Assembly (NCBI RefSeq): GCF_009914755.1
Contig: NC_060929.1
Reading direction: 5' to 3' (one strand)
DNA length: 64,000 nucleotides
Source: the human T2T-CHM13v2.0 reference genome, Homo sapiens
The translations under genes and the position numbers were made by a program. Position 1 is the first letter of the stretch, and every line of letters starts with the position of its first letter. The notes beneath the pieces were generated by a model that was not told the DNA's origin, did not search any database, and saw only the letters and a program-made list of their open reading frames with translations. Shown one piece after another: positions 1-16,216 of the stretch.

Positions 1-149
<149 letters not shown>

Positions 150-304
150 TGAATTTCTAAGCATTTTTTTTTTATTAGTTATTCCTGATTGTATACCCTA
201 ATGGTTAAATAATGGGACCTATGTAATTTCTGATTTTGAACTATGCTGTCATCTAACATATGGCCACTTATAAAAATATATTATGTTAAGATATAAAGAA
301 AATG

Positions 305-608
305 GGCTGGGCACAGAGGCTCACGCCTGTAATCCTAACACTTTGGGAGGCTGAGGCAGGTGGATCGCTTGAGCCTGGGAGATTGAGACCAACCCAGGCA
401 ACATGGTGAAACCCTGCCTCTACAAAAAATAAAAAAATTAGCCAGGTGTGGTGGCACATTCCTGTCTGTAGTCCCAGCTACTTGGGAGGTTGTGGTGGGA
501 GGATCCCTTGAGCCCAGGAGGTCAAGGCTGCAGTAAGCTGTGATTGCACCACGGCCGGGGTTACAGAGCAAGATTCTGTCTCAATAAAAAATAAAAAAGT
601 AAACAAAC
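305..608 (+). mobile_element. AluJ
   Basis: Dimeric Alu with J-type cttgagcccaggaggtcaaggctgcag; 17 bp TSD aagatataaagaaaatg at 288-304 and 609-625. Confidence 0.93.
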
Positions 609-896
609 AAGATATAAAGAAAATGTCAACAAATCCCATCCCCCCCAAATATCTAGGTAGTTCTGTTTTATTAATCTTGCCAAATATTCAGTGAGGCCTT
701 TTGATCTGAAGACTCAGGGAACTCTGTTGATTATTTCTTTCATATTTGTTTTTCTCTGTTCTCTCCTCCTAAAACTTCTACTTTGGATATGTGTAGTTTT
801 GTATTAGAGTTTTCCTCTGTGTCTCTTATTTTCAAAATGAGAGGCAAATGACATGAGATGGTGAGACAGTGCACTTTAGTGGCAAAACACAGGACA

Positions 897-1392
<496 letters not shown>

Positions 1393-1429
1393 TCTGAGAA
1401 AAAAAACATTGCCTGGCTAGTGCTAGTAC

Positions 1430-4113
<2,684 letters not shown>

Positions 4114-4482
4114 TATCTGGAAGAGAAAAAGAAGAAAAAGTAAATTAGACCGCAAGATGGAGAATCTGTTGGAAGGAGGAGAATATGAAGGGTGTGAAGT
4201 AAGGCTGGTAGAGTACTGCCTAGGCTGGCAGGGACCTTTGGAATGTGGGGGTTGGCAGGTTTAAAGGGGCTGACTCCCGTTTCTGGTTGGGGCAATGAGC
4301 TGATAATGATGCCTTAACTTGGAGCATGAACAGAGATTTCATGGCATGTCAGGAGGAACCCACACTCGAGGGTCTGAGTGTTGGTGCTCCCCCAAAATTC
4401 ATATTGTTACCCCCAATGCGACAGTATTGAGAGGTGGGGGTGCTTAGATTAGGTCATGAGGGCTCTCCCCTCGTGAACGGGA

Positions 4483-4842
4483 TTAGTGCTAGTCACAGTC
4501 CGTTTTGTTCTGTTAGTGCTAGTCGCAGTCCGTTTTGTTCTGTTAGTGCTAGTCGCAGTCCGTTTTGTTCTGTTAGTGCTAGTCGCAGTCCGTTTTGTTC
4601 TGTTAGTGCTAGTCGCAGTCCGTTTTGTTCTGTTAGTGCTAGTCGCAGTCCGTTTTGTTCTGTTAGTGCTAGTCGCAGTCCGTTTTGTTCTGTTAGTGCT
4701 AGTCGCAGTCCGTTTTGTTCTGTTAGTGCTAGTCGCAGTCCGTTTTGTTCTGTTAGTGCTAGTCGCAGTCCGTTTTGTTCTGTTAGTGCTAGTCGCAGTC
4801 CGTTTTGTTCTGTTAGTGCTAGTCGCAGTCCGTTTTGTTCTG
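4483..4842. repeat. Minisatellite/VNTR, 12 x 30 bp (ttagtgctagtcgcagtccgttttgttctg)
   Basis: Directly visible; copies 2-12 identical, copy 1 differs by one G>A. Confidence 0.99.
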
Positions 4843-5190
4843 CCATAACAGAATACCCGAGACTGGGTCATTTGTAAGGAACAGAAATTTATTTGGCTCA
4901 TAGTTCTGGAGGCTTGGAATTCCAAGATCGAGGACCTAGCATCTGGCAAGGGCCTTCCTGCAGCATCATAAGCTGGTCGAAGGCATTACAAGGTGAGAGA
5001 GAGAGCAAGAAGGGACCAAACTCATCCTTTTATTATGAACCCACTCCAGCAATAATGGCATTAATCCATTCATGAGGGCAGTGCCCCCAAGACCCAAATA
5101 CGTCCCATTAGGCTCCACTTCCGTATACTGCTGCACTGGAGATCAAGTTTCCCACACATGAAGTCTGGAGAACACGTTCAAACCCTAGCA
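4821..5190 (-). mobile_element. MSTB-type MaLR solo LTR nested in the outer LTR
   Basis: agtccgttttgttctgccataacagaatacc...ggcattaatccattcatgagggc...ttcaaaccctagca. Confidence 0.85.
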
Positions 5191-5387
5191 GCACCCTCAT
5201 AAACCTCACCCCACGAGGATCAGCCCTCAGAAACACTGAATCTGCTTGCACCTTGATCTTGGACTTCCCAGCCTTCAGAACTGTAAGAAATAAAGTTTTT
5301 TTTTTTTTTAAATAAACCATGCTTTTTTGTCACTTAGGTTCATTTCTTTTTTCTTTTTAAAATAATTTAAAAATATATATAAAATAA

Positions 5388-5534
<147 letters not shown>

Positions 5535-5790
5535 TGAGAAATATATTTCCATTGTGTATAAATTACCCAGTCTAAGTTATCTTTGTTATGGCAGCCCAAG
5601 TGGACTGAGATGCTATCAGAGGAACTGGGAGGCCCCTGGGAGGCCAACCCTGCCTGCCCTGTGTCTGGCCCTGTCTTCCCCCACGTCTGCCGTTGGGAAA
5701 TGGTCATGGGAAGCAGGCACCCCAGCCAGCCTGAACCCTGTGGTTCCCTGATAGTAACTGGCCATTCGCCTTCTGGTCATGACTCTGATA

Positions 5791-5854
5791 AGAGGTTTCT
5801 GGCTCAGAGCCGCTACAAACCGAGAGGTTTCTCGCTCACAACCACTACAAACCC
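5791..5854. repeat. Diverged 32 bp tandem duplication
   Basis: agaggtttctggctcagagccgctacaaaccg versus agaggtttctcgctcacaaccactacaaaccc (27/32 identical). Confidence 0.85.
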
Positions 5855-6539
5855 GACAGCAACGACGCTGTCCTTCAAGCCTCATGAATAAAGCTGTTTT
5901 CTATGGTTGGATGCAAAAAGCATTCCCCTCACCCCCCTAAATGAAGGCATTAAAAATAATGCTCATTAAAGTCACCTCAGACAGGATAATTAAAGGTAGA
6001 ACTGTCCCGGACTAAACACAGCTTTCAACCTCCAACGATGCCGCACCTCCCCCACCCCACCCCACCTTTTTACTATTTTTCCTAATTAGAGAAGTGGCCC
6101 GAGACACAGCAGAGCTTTTGTTGTCTGGTCTCGTATGTTTCTGAGAAAATTATACACAAAGCACCCTTTTGCAGAGCTCTAGAGACAAGGCATGGGCACT
6201 GAGTGGCATCCAGCGCCGGTTAGTAAGTGACAGGAACTGGACTTCACGCGTTGTGTCCAAATGCCCCTTTCACCCACGTTGGTCTAGTAGCCATCTGCTG
6301 ACCGTATACCCGGCGCAGAAGAACAACACCTGACCTCCATTAACAGTGTCTGCCACACCTCAGCAAGTTCAGATACCAGATTCCAGGTGACACCTTGTCA
6401 CTGTAGGACCTGTTTACTATGAAATGGCAGCATTCCAAAGCCAGCCCCGGAGCAGGAACAAGGCTGATTTAGATGTGGGAATTACATACCCTCACGGCCC
6501 TATGGTGAAATAAAACATAATGCCAGACCCTGAGCCCTC

Positions 6540-7030
6540 CCATCCAGCAAGCAGCCCTAGGTATGTGGCCACCTGGTGTAGGTGAGAAGTGTCGTTTCCA
6601 GGTGCTAAGCAGGGCTCTAACTGCTGGTTGTCCGCAAGGATCGTTTTCCCCTTCTTCTATGGTAAGAAAAACGTTAGGATGGCATAAGCCTTCCTGGTCC
6701 CACATTCCCTTGCAGTTGGCGGAACAGATGGGAGCAGCTTCCTTCTCGGGCTCACTCTTGAGAGAAGGTGCGTGCCACCCCGCCCTTTCCTTTCTTGCTT
6801 CCTGCAGGCTGAGTGATGACCCAGGAGTAGGAGCTGGAGCAGCCAGCGGGGGCCAGGAGAGGACATCGCACGCTGAGAACGAGGGAGCTACAGAACAGTA
6901 GTAAGCTGGGTGTCCACAGCCTCCGAGCCGCTACACCGGTGTCTGTGCTGTTACGAAAGAGGAAAACAGATCTATCTTGCTTCACTATCTGGAGGTCTCT
7001 GTCATAGCAGCCCAACCTGAATCCTAACAC
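6540..7030 (+). mobile_element. Old MLT1 (H-K type) LTR remnant
   Basis: ggagctggagcagcc core and tgtcatagcagcccaacctgaatcctaac terminus. Confidence 0.5.
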
Positions 7031-7069
7031 ACCATGGGTGGCTGAAATTAACAGACATGTTAATAGTAA

Positions 7070-7290
7070 CAATAGCCAGCTTTTGTTGAATATCAAACTC
7101 GTGCCATGCAGTAGACTAGGTGCTCTCTCCATGTATTATCTCACTTAATTCCTCACAACAGCCTGGGAGGTAGGGACCATTTGTCCTGTTTTACAGATGG
7201 AGAAACCAAGGCCCAAGAAAGTGGGCAACGTTATCATGAACTGCAGACAGAGCCAGGATAAGAACACCCAGTTCAGGGCTCCTCCCCTTA
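7070..7290 (-). mobile_element. MIR
   Basis: tcctcacaacagcc...ttttacagatggagaaaccaaggccc. Confidence 0.8.
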
Positions 7291-7699
7291 CCCTGTGCTG
7301 GGTACTAGCCCTAAGTTAGCAACTTTTTCTTTCTATCTCTAAATTATTTCTAAGAACGTACTACTTAAGTCAAGGTTAATTCTCAGCACAAATAGAATAA
7401 AGAATTATAGGTCTCTATGTTATTAAAACTAAATCCTTGCAGAACTCAATTATCAACTTCTATTAAAAAGGACTTTGTTTTCAAAGCAAGCTTTCCTGTT
7501 AAAAAAGTGGAAAAGAGGGAAAACTTTAAATCTATCGAACAATTATTTACATTTTAAGAACTGGTATTTTCAAGACAAAACCCCCTAGAGGAGAAACATA
7601 AGATCATTTAACTTCTAATTTTCTTAATCAGTACAATTATTTCCCATATTCCTTTACTATTTGAATTTTACCCCAAACACTCTGATCTCTAGAAATCCT

Positions 7700-9660
7700 A
7701 AGAGAATAAGAAGCAATGAAAGAATTTAGTAATATGGTCACATTAAAAAATTAATACAGGCTGGGCACGGTGGCTCACACCTGTAATCCCAGCACTTTGA
7801 GAGCCCAAGGCATGCAGATTACTTGAGGTCAGGAGTTTAAGATCAGCCTGGCCAACATGGTGAAACCCTGTCTCTATTAAAAATATAAAAATTAGCTGGG
7901 TGTGTGGTAGGCACATAAGTAATCTCAGCTACTCGGGGGCCTGAGGCAGGAAAATTGCTTGAACCCGGGAGGCAGAGGTTGCAGTGAGCCGAGATCTCAT
8001 CACTGCACTAGAGCCTGGGCGACAGAGCGAAACTCCATCTCAAAAAAAAAAAAAAAAAAAAATTAACACGGAAATCAATAGTTTTCCTATGGTAAAGACA
8101 ACAGCCAGTGATTAGATCTAAAGAAAGAAAACATCCTATTTCTTTCACAGTCTAGACTATTTTATTCTAAAATACAAGATACCTAGAAATAAATTTAAGA
8201 CTTATAATATCTACATGAAAGAAAAGTTTCAATCTCCTAAGAGATGAAAAGTAAGATTTGAAACAGTGGAGATGCATTTCATGTTCACGTTTTTCAGTAG
8301 GAAACATCATAGAAATAATAATTCTTATGTTAATCTATAAATTTAATATAATTCACACAAAAAAATACCAATTAAGTTTGTGGGCAAACTTATTCTAAAG
8401 TTCATATGGAAAGCTAAAAATGCAAAAGTAGCTAGAAAAATTCCAAAAAGAAAAATAAGTAACAAGGGAGGATAAGTCCTATCAGATATCACGATGTATT
8501 ATAAAGTCTAGGTAATTAAAAGGGTGACATTGACACATGAATAGACAGATCAATGGAACAAAATAAAATGTCCAAAAGTAGACAAAACTGTGGACAAGAA
8601 TTTAATTTATGAGGAAGGTGATACTGCAAACTAATAGGGGAAATATATGGAATATTCAATTATCAGTTGAAACAACTGAGAAGCCACCTGAAACAATGAA
8701 ACTGGATTCACATTTCCTACTTTACACGGACATATTCCAAGCAGATCAGAGTTTAAAGGCAAACCTGAGACCATAAACTGGTCTAAGAGAAACCAGGAGA
8801 AAAAGCTTTTGGAAGTTTGCAGTGATGAGAATCTTTCTAATCCAGGAACCATAAGAGAAAAGACTGATAAAATGGCCTAGATAAAAATTAAGAACATGTG
8901 TATCTCTAGAAACTGCCATGAGCAAAATCAAAAGGCTAATGACACACTGGGAAGAAATACACTCCATTCATTCATAACAGAGCTTATTTCTGTAATACAT
9001 AAGGAGTGCCGACAAATTGCTTTAAAAACCAGCAACAGAAACAAAAGCTATGATCAAACAATTTACAGAAAAGGGAAAGAGGTTCAACCACACTCATAAT
9101 AAGTGCACTGCAAATTGAAACTTCTCCAAGACACAATTTTTTACCCAAAAGAATGGCCCAGATCCAATACCTGTTAATACATGGAGGTGAGGGGATGGTG
9201 CACCAGGAGCATAAAATAGAACCTTGATAATAAACAATTTGTCAATGTCCGTCAAAATCAGAACTGCTAATTGACCCACGATTTCCACTAGGACCTAATC
9301 AGATATGTGTACCTACATGTACAGGAAATAATGGATATATACATTAATTCCATGATATTGTCTGTGATGGCAAAAGAGTGGACACAACTGGAATGCCCAT
9401 GAGCAGAGGTCTGGTTAAAGAAACCAGGGCACATCCATGCCAAGGAATCCCACACGGCGAGAAAAACCAATGAAGAAGCTCTTTAGAGACACAGGGAAAG
9501 GATCTCCATGACATGCTGTTAAGTGAAAGAAACAAGGTGCAGAACAGTAAGTGCCGTATGTTGTGTGTTGTAAAAAAGGAGAACAAGAGACACACACACA
9601 ACATTATCTCTGGAGGGACACTGCATGAAACCAAAGCTCTAGTGTTCAGTGGGGAAGAGA
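7700..9660 (+). mobile_element. Old L1M (L1ME-like) ORF2 and 3' UTR remnant, interrupted by an Alu
   Basis: ttctaaagttcatatggaa, aatagacagatcaatggaacaaaata and other degenerate ORF2 motifs in order. Confidence 0.8.
7759..8060 (+). mobile_element. AluS
   Basis: Full Alu, long A tail, TSD aaaattaatacag / aaaattaacacgg. Confidence 0.94.
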
Positions 9661-11181
9661 ACAGGACATCTGGAAACCAGCATACACAGTGCAGCCTACT
9701 CTAGCCCCGTGAAGAGATGACCTGGGGGTATCATGTTCTTCCAGCTATTAGAAGAAAGAGCATGATGGAGCACCCTTTCTTCTTGTCTCACTAGCCACTC
9801 ACTTTCTGAGTCATTCCCGTGCCTGTGGTGCTGTTGTAAGGGCTGGGAGGAGACTGGCCATGCGGGTTTGGAATTTCCCTCAATTCTGTTAACTGCAGGA
9901 TTCATCCTGAAGCACCCACGCTTCAGCTGACCAAGGAATCTACCCCTTAATTTAAAAGTTTGCACTTTCACAGACTTCCAAAGTACAGAGCTAGGAGGGT
10001 TCTTAAGATTGGCCCACAGTAGACTTCTGTGGATTCAATTCATTGGTTCCTTCAGTCAACCAGCTCTCCACAATGCAGATGAGGGCAAAGATGAGGATGC
10101 TCTTCTCCCCATTCCACAGACAGGTGAAACGACTCGTTCACAGTCACACACTTTTTCAGTAGCAGTAGCAGACGAGGAATTCAAACCCAGGCAGTCTGTC
10201 TCACTTCTCACCACGATTCCATACTGACTCTCAAAACCTACTCCATGCCATGCCTGTGCCAGACCAGAGATATTAACATAAAAGAAAAAAATAGTTCCTA
10301 GTTTTTCAGGGCCTTTGGTCTAGGAGCAGGGGTATAGATATTGTGGCCAAAGTTTGTAAGATAAAACCATTTTATAGAAAAAGTTTAAATATCACACTCT
10401 TAAAAAAAAGAGACGTATTTATTTTTGTCTTTGCAAGCCCTCTGTCCGTCTTCATACGGTGGAGCACAGAAACAATTACACAGAAACACAACATATGGAC
10501 AGTTAAGCAACAGCCCTGAAAAGTGATCACAGATGAAGTTAAAAGGGCTGTTTTCTAAAATACCCTGCCCACCCACCCTCAATCTTACCTCAAGGACCAG
10601 GTTAACAAAGCCAGGCGATGTTTGAGAATTGCTGACATGAAATGAAAAAGCTCATAGAGTACTTCATTCAAACGTTTTGAAATTTAAAAGCCTATGAAAA
10701 GCAACTCAGATCAAAAAGTGAACAAATGGTCACTTTCTCTATGGTTATCAAATAGTGCAGATAACCTAGGCCTGCAGGCTGCGTGCTGTCAGCTAAAAAC
10801 ATGCCTCCAGGAACAGGATGTGCATTGCTCTCCAGTGAGGTGATGCCAGGTGGGTGGGGGCAGGCCTGGCTTGGCTTGGGGTGACCAGAAAGGAGGAAAA
10901 GCCTGCAGTCTCCTGGCAAGGCATTTAACATCTGTGGGCCTCAGTTGCCTCGCCTGTGAAATGGGCATAATCACAACCTTTGGGCAGAATTATGAGACTC
11001 AGAAGAGCAGGCTCCCAGCAGTGACTCCCGGGATTCCCTTCCCTATCTCCCAACACACAAGATAACCACAGGCCCCTGGAGACCACATCCTCACTCCTGT
11101 GCAACCAGGAAGGCCTGCCAGAGTGGCTGAAGAGTGAATTCCACGCCGGTGTGCAGGCGTGTTCATTAATCCTTTATTGCG

Positions 11182-11596
11182 TGTATTAGTTTCCCGTGGC
11201 TGTTAAAAAATACCACAAATGGTGTGGGTTAAACGGCAGGAACTCATTCTCTCTCAGTTCTGGAGGCTGGAAGCCGGAGTCAAGGTGTCGGCTGGGCCTG
11301 CTCCCTCTGAGCCCCTGGCTAGGACTGCTCCATCCCCTTCCCGGCCTGTGGAGGCGCCTGCCATCCTTGGTGTCCTTGGCCAGCAGCTGGGCCGCTCCTC
11401 TCTGCTTCTCCCCATGCACGTGACGTGCACACAACGGTGGCCACGCAGTCTTGTCAGGTTGGATTAAGGACCTGCTCCCCTCCAGTCTGACTTCATTTAA
11501 CTCATTACATCTGCAAAAGACCCTATTTCCAAATAAGGTCACATTCAGAGGAACTCCTGCAATCTTTCCGGGGGGGACACAGTTCAACCCGTACCA
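11182..11596 (-). mobile_element. MLT1B/C MaLR LTR
   Basis: tgtattagtttcc...cagttctggaggctggaag...ccctatttccaaataaggtcacattc...gacacagttcaacccgtacca. Confidence 0.88.
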
Positions 11597-12786
11597 CTGA
11601 GCAGTCGCTGACTGGGTCACCGATGAAGGCGTGAAAAGTCACGCACGGGCCTGCCCGTGGGCCCGCCCTAAACCTTTCCAACCCGTTTGGGAGGAGTCCT
11701 GGTGCAGAGTGACAGCTGGGGGCCAGGCCACAGGCACCAGCATGGGAGGGCTGCCCGCCTGACCCTGGCATCGGCTGACACAGCAGGGTGGAACCCCAGG
11801 GGGGCTGCAGCCAGGGCAAGTCACTCAACTAAGTAAGCTTAGGTCCTCCTGTGTAAAGAGAGTAATAACAACACCTGGCCACCTGCATGAATAAGGCAGC
11901 TCTCAGGCCACAGAACCCCAGAATCTCAGCCTGGGAAGCACCATCCACCCAGCTGACCAAGCGAGAATCACGGGAGTCCCCCTGCATCAGCCTCCACATC
12001 CAGGCATGACACCAGCCCTCCCTGGCATCTCCGCCATCGCTTCTGTGTGTTTCCTCTCTGCCACGCGGACGGACCGCACCTCAAGGCCGAGAGCTGGCAC
12101 CTATCCCCTGCCCACCCATCCCACCAGGCTCCACGAGGAGGTCAGAGCGGAGGACCAGCCCTCTACAGTGGCCCTATGTCTGACACTGGCTCCCTCAGCT
12201 CGCCCGCCCATCAGGAGGAAGCCAGACTCCACCTAAGGCCATTCCAATCAATAGACCACCGAGATGGTTTAACTTAATGAATAATTCTCAGGTGTATTTC
12301 GAAGAATAAACAGGCAAGAGTAGCTAAGACAATTTTTTGAAAAGGAAAAATAACAAGAAAGGGACTTGAGTTGTTAAGGTGGATTACATAACCACATGAA
12401 TTGAAACAAATGGGCACTTGGTGCAGATTTTGAAAAGACTCTCATATACCAAACAATTTCGGGTACAATAGGAGAGAAACACAGATTGTTCCGCAGATGG
12501 TGTTAGAACAACCAGTTATATGGAAGATCCTCAAGTCATATCCTTCCCTCAACCTTGCCACCATAATAAGTTACAGATTTTCAAAGAGTTATACGTAAAA
12601 ATAAATGAAGTCTTCTATACTTCCCTAGGCTTCTATAATTCCATGGCAAACATGGATTACTTTTGTAGTGAGGGAATAAACAATAAAAATGGAAAAAATA
12701 AATGAAGCTTTATATTAAACCAGAAGGAAATACAGCGAAACATGTAACCGATATCAGATGGGACTGGACAATGAGAGAAACAGTCA

Positions 12787-13113
<327 letters not shown>

Positions 13114-13555
13114 TTAAAATTGTACTAGAAAAAAAAATGATAAAAACTGAAAGGCAAGTGACAAAGTGAGAAAAATTTTTGCAACAAACGTAACGAAGGA
13201 TTGTTTTTCTTAAGATAGTAAAAATGTCTTGCAAATCAGTAAGAAAAGCAAGAAAATTCCCTGATTTCCCCTCCACAGACAATTCAAAATGGAACTATAA
13301 CCGTCCAACAAGCCTATGGCTGATAATGTAAACATGCAGAGATAAAACAACACACCCTGTTTTGGGTTTGTTTGGTAAAGAACCATTCATTACTATTACA
13401 GTTAATGAAAAATGTTAATCATGGTGCAGGGATACAGGCCCTTCCATGCACACCTTGTTCCAAAAAAGGTGTGGGCCACGTGTCTGAGGCACTTAAACAC
13501 ATCTACTCTCTTTCACTATCTCACTTCAGTCTAAGAGTCTGGACTAAAAGATTGA

Positions 13556-13900
<345 letters not shown>

Positions 13901-14808
13901 ACAGAGTTCTTTATAATAGCAAAAATTTCAATGTAATCTTAATGTTCAAAAGTAGAAAAAAATTTTACTTCAAATATGGAATATTATGCCCCCATTAAAA
14001 AGGTTTTCCTTAATAACAAAAAGAAGTGCCCAAACAAAACCAAAAGCCACTTAAATTGCGTTTGGTAACACAATTTCACAGATTGTTGGAGGCAGTGCTG
14101 TGATTATCATCCTCAGACTGCTGCATGTGTATCATGGAATAAAGCAAGTGAGTTAGGTGCTGCTGCTGAGAGGCAGGATTTTCAGCCAGAGTAAAAGATC
14201 ATGTTAAGTAAAACTAGGTAGCCTTGAATTTAAACTGAAAACAGCAGCATGCACTTAAGATGCATTTTATCTTAAAAACAAATAGGCAAACGTTTTCTAG
14301 TTCTGTGCTGAAAAGGCCTAATAACTAATGAGTTTCAATGGGTATCCACAGCACCCATATTCACTGTGGTCTCTATATATTTCCTCTTTAAAAGAACAGA
14401 TAAGGTCAGTCTGGACCATCTTGTCATAGTGGAAGCAAAGAAACTACCAGGGACAATTAGGGTCATGTCAAAAGGACTCACATGCCACCCTGAAGCTCCC
14501 ACCGTCCAAAGATGAGAACCCTTGGGCGTCAATAGAAATAACTGCGATTGACTGAAATACATTAAACAGGTTTAAATATGTGAGGTCATAATGGTACTAA
14601 AAACAGAACTCAGTGGTCACTTCTGGAGGATGCTGGGAACAAACTCATTATTTGGAAAATTGGTAAATAAGGGAGAAAAAATAAAAACATCCATCCTGCT
14701 GTTCCTAAGTGAACTGTACCACAGGGTAGCTGAACAGTGGATGCAGGGGGCGGGGGTGCAGTTCTCTTTGTAGAAGTATTCCAGATAATAAAGAAAGAAG
14801 AGTAACAG

Positions 14809-15147
14809 AGCCGGGCACGGTGGCTCATGCCTGTAATCCCAGTACTTTGGGAGGCCGGGTGGATCACTTGAGGTCAGGAGTTCGAGACTGGCCTGGCCAA
14901 CATAGTGAAACTCCGTCTTGACTAAAACTATAAAAATCAGCTGGGCATGGTGGTGCACGCCTATAATTCCAGCTACTCAGGAGGCTGAGTCATGAGAATC
15001 ACTTGAACCCAGGAGGTGGAGGTTGCAGTGAGCTGAGATTGCATCACTGCACTCCAGCCTGGGCAACACAGCAAGACTCTGTCTCCAAAAAAAAAACACA
15101 AGAAACAAAACAAACAAACAAACAAACAAAAAATAAACAAAACAACG
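14809..15147 (+). mobile_element. AluS with (aaac)n tail
   Basis: TSD aagaagagtaacag / aagaagagtaaaag. Confidence 0.93.
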
Positions 15148-15926
15148 AAGAAGAGTAAAAGGATCAAAATACCATTATTTTACAAATCCTTATAGAATGG
15201 ATCTGGGCAAGCATGATCAACAGCAGTGAACGTCACAAAAAGGAACACCTTCATTCTGTGCCTCCTGTGGGGCGTGCACCCCACCACTTAATATTCTTAC
15301 CCCCAAAACCAAACCTGAAGCTCATGCAGCCTGCAGATCTACCCACCAGTTTACAGGAAATACAGGGGCAGAGGAATCTATTAAATGACACCACAGGAAG
15401 ACAATCATCAAAATCCAGGTGGTGGGAAACTCCAGGACAAGGGACTGAGTTTTCTCAACAAATAAATTGTAAGAAAAAATTAAAGGGAAGGAGGCAAAAC
15501 CTGTGGGCTAAATCAGACTTCGCAGACTCAAGAACCAATCACAATATGGGAACCTTGATTGGATCCTGATTCAAACCACCAAAGAATCATGAAACAGTTG
15601 GGGAACTTGCACATCAACTGGATTGCTACTGGAAATTAAATATTTGTTAATTTTTAATTTGTTTACGTGTAATAAATGGTATTTTGGTGATTTTTTAAAA
15701 TGCCTTTGACTTTTAAATATTTATACTAAATATTTGCCAAAACAATAAACATGTCTATAATTTGCTTCCAAATTACCCAGGTGGCTAATAGGTGGGAAAC
15801 AAGATGTTTACATATGAAACAAGAAGAATTGTGATTTAGTAATTGCAGAAACCAGGTGACTGGTATGTGGGGCTCACATCATTCTACTTTCGTACAGTGT
15901 TTGAAATTTTTCCATAATAAAAAGGG

Positions 15927-16216
<290 letters not shown>

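Noticed and set aside
4434-4949. Four 117-166 aa repetitive ORFs, and a superficially CRISPR-like array
   Set aside because: Products of a 30 bp unit that is a multiple of three; no unique spacers and no cas genes, so it is a minisatellite
6785-6906. Plus-strand exon-like segment (cctttcttgcttcctgcag...gtaagc)
   Set aside because: Falls within an MLT1 remnant; weak donor context and unrecognised peptide
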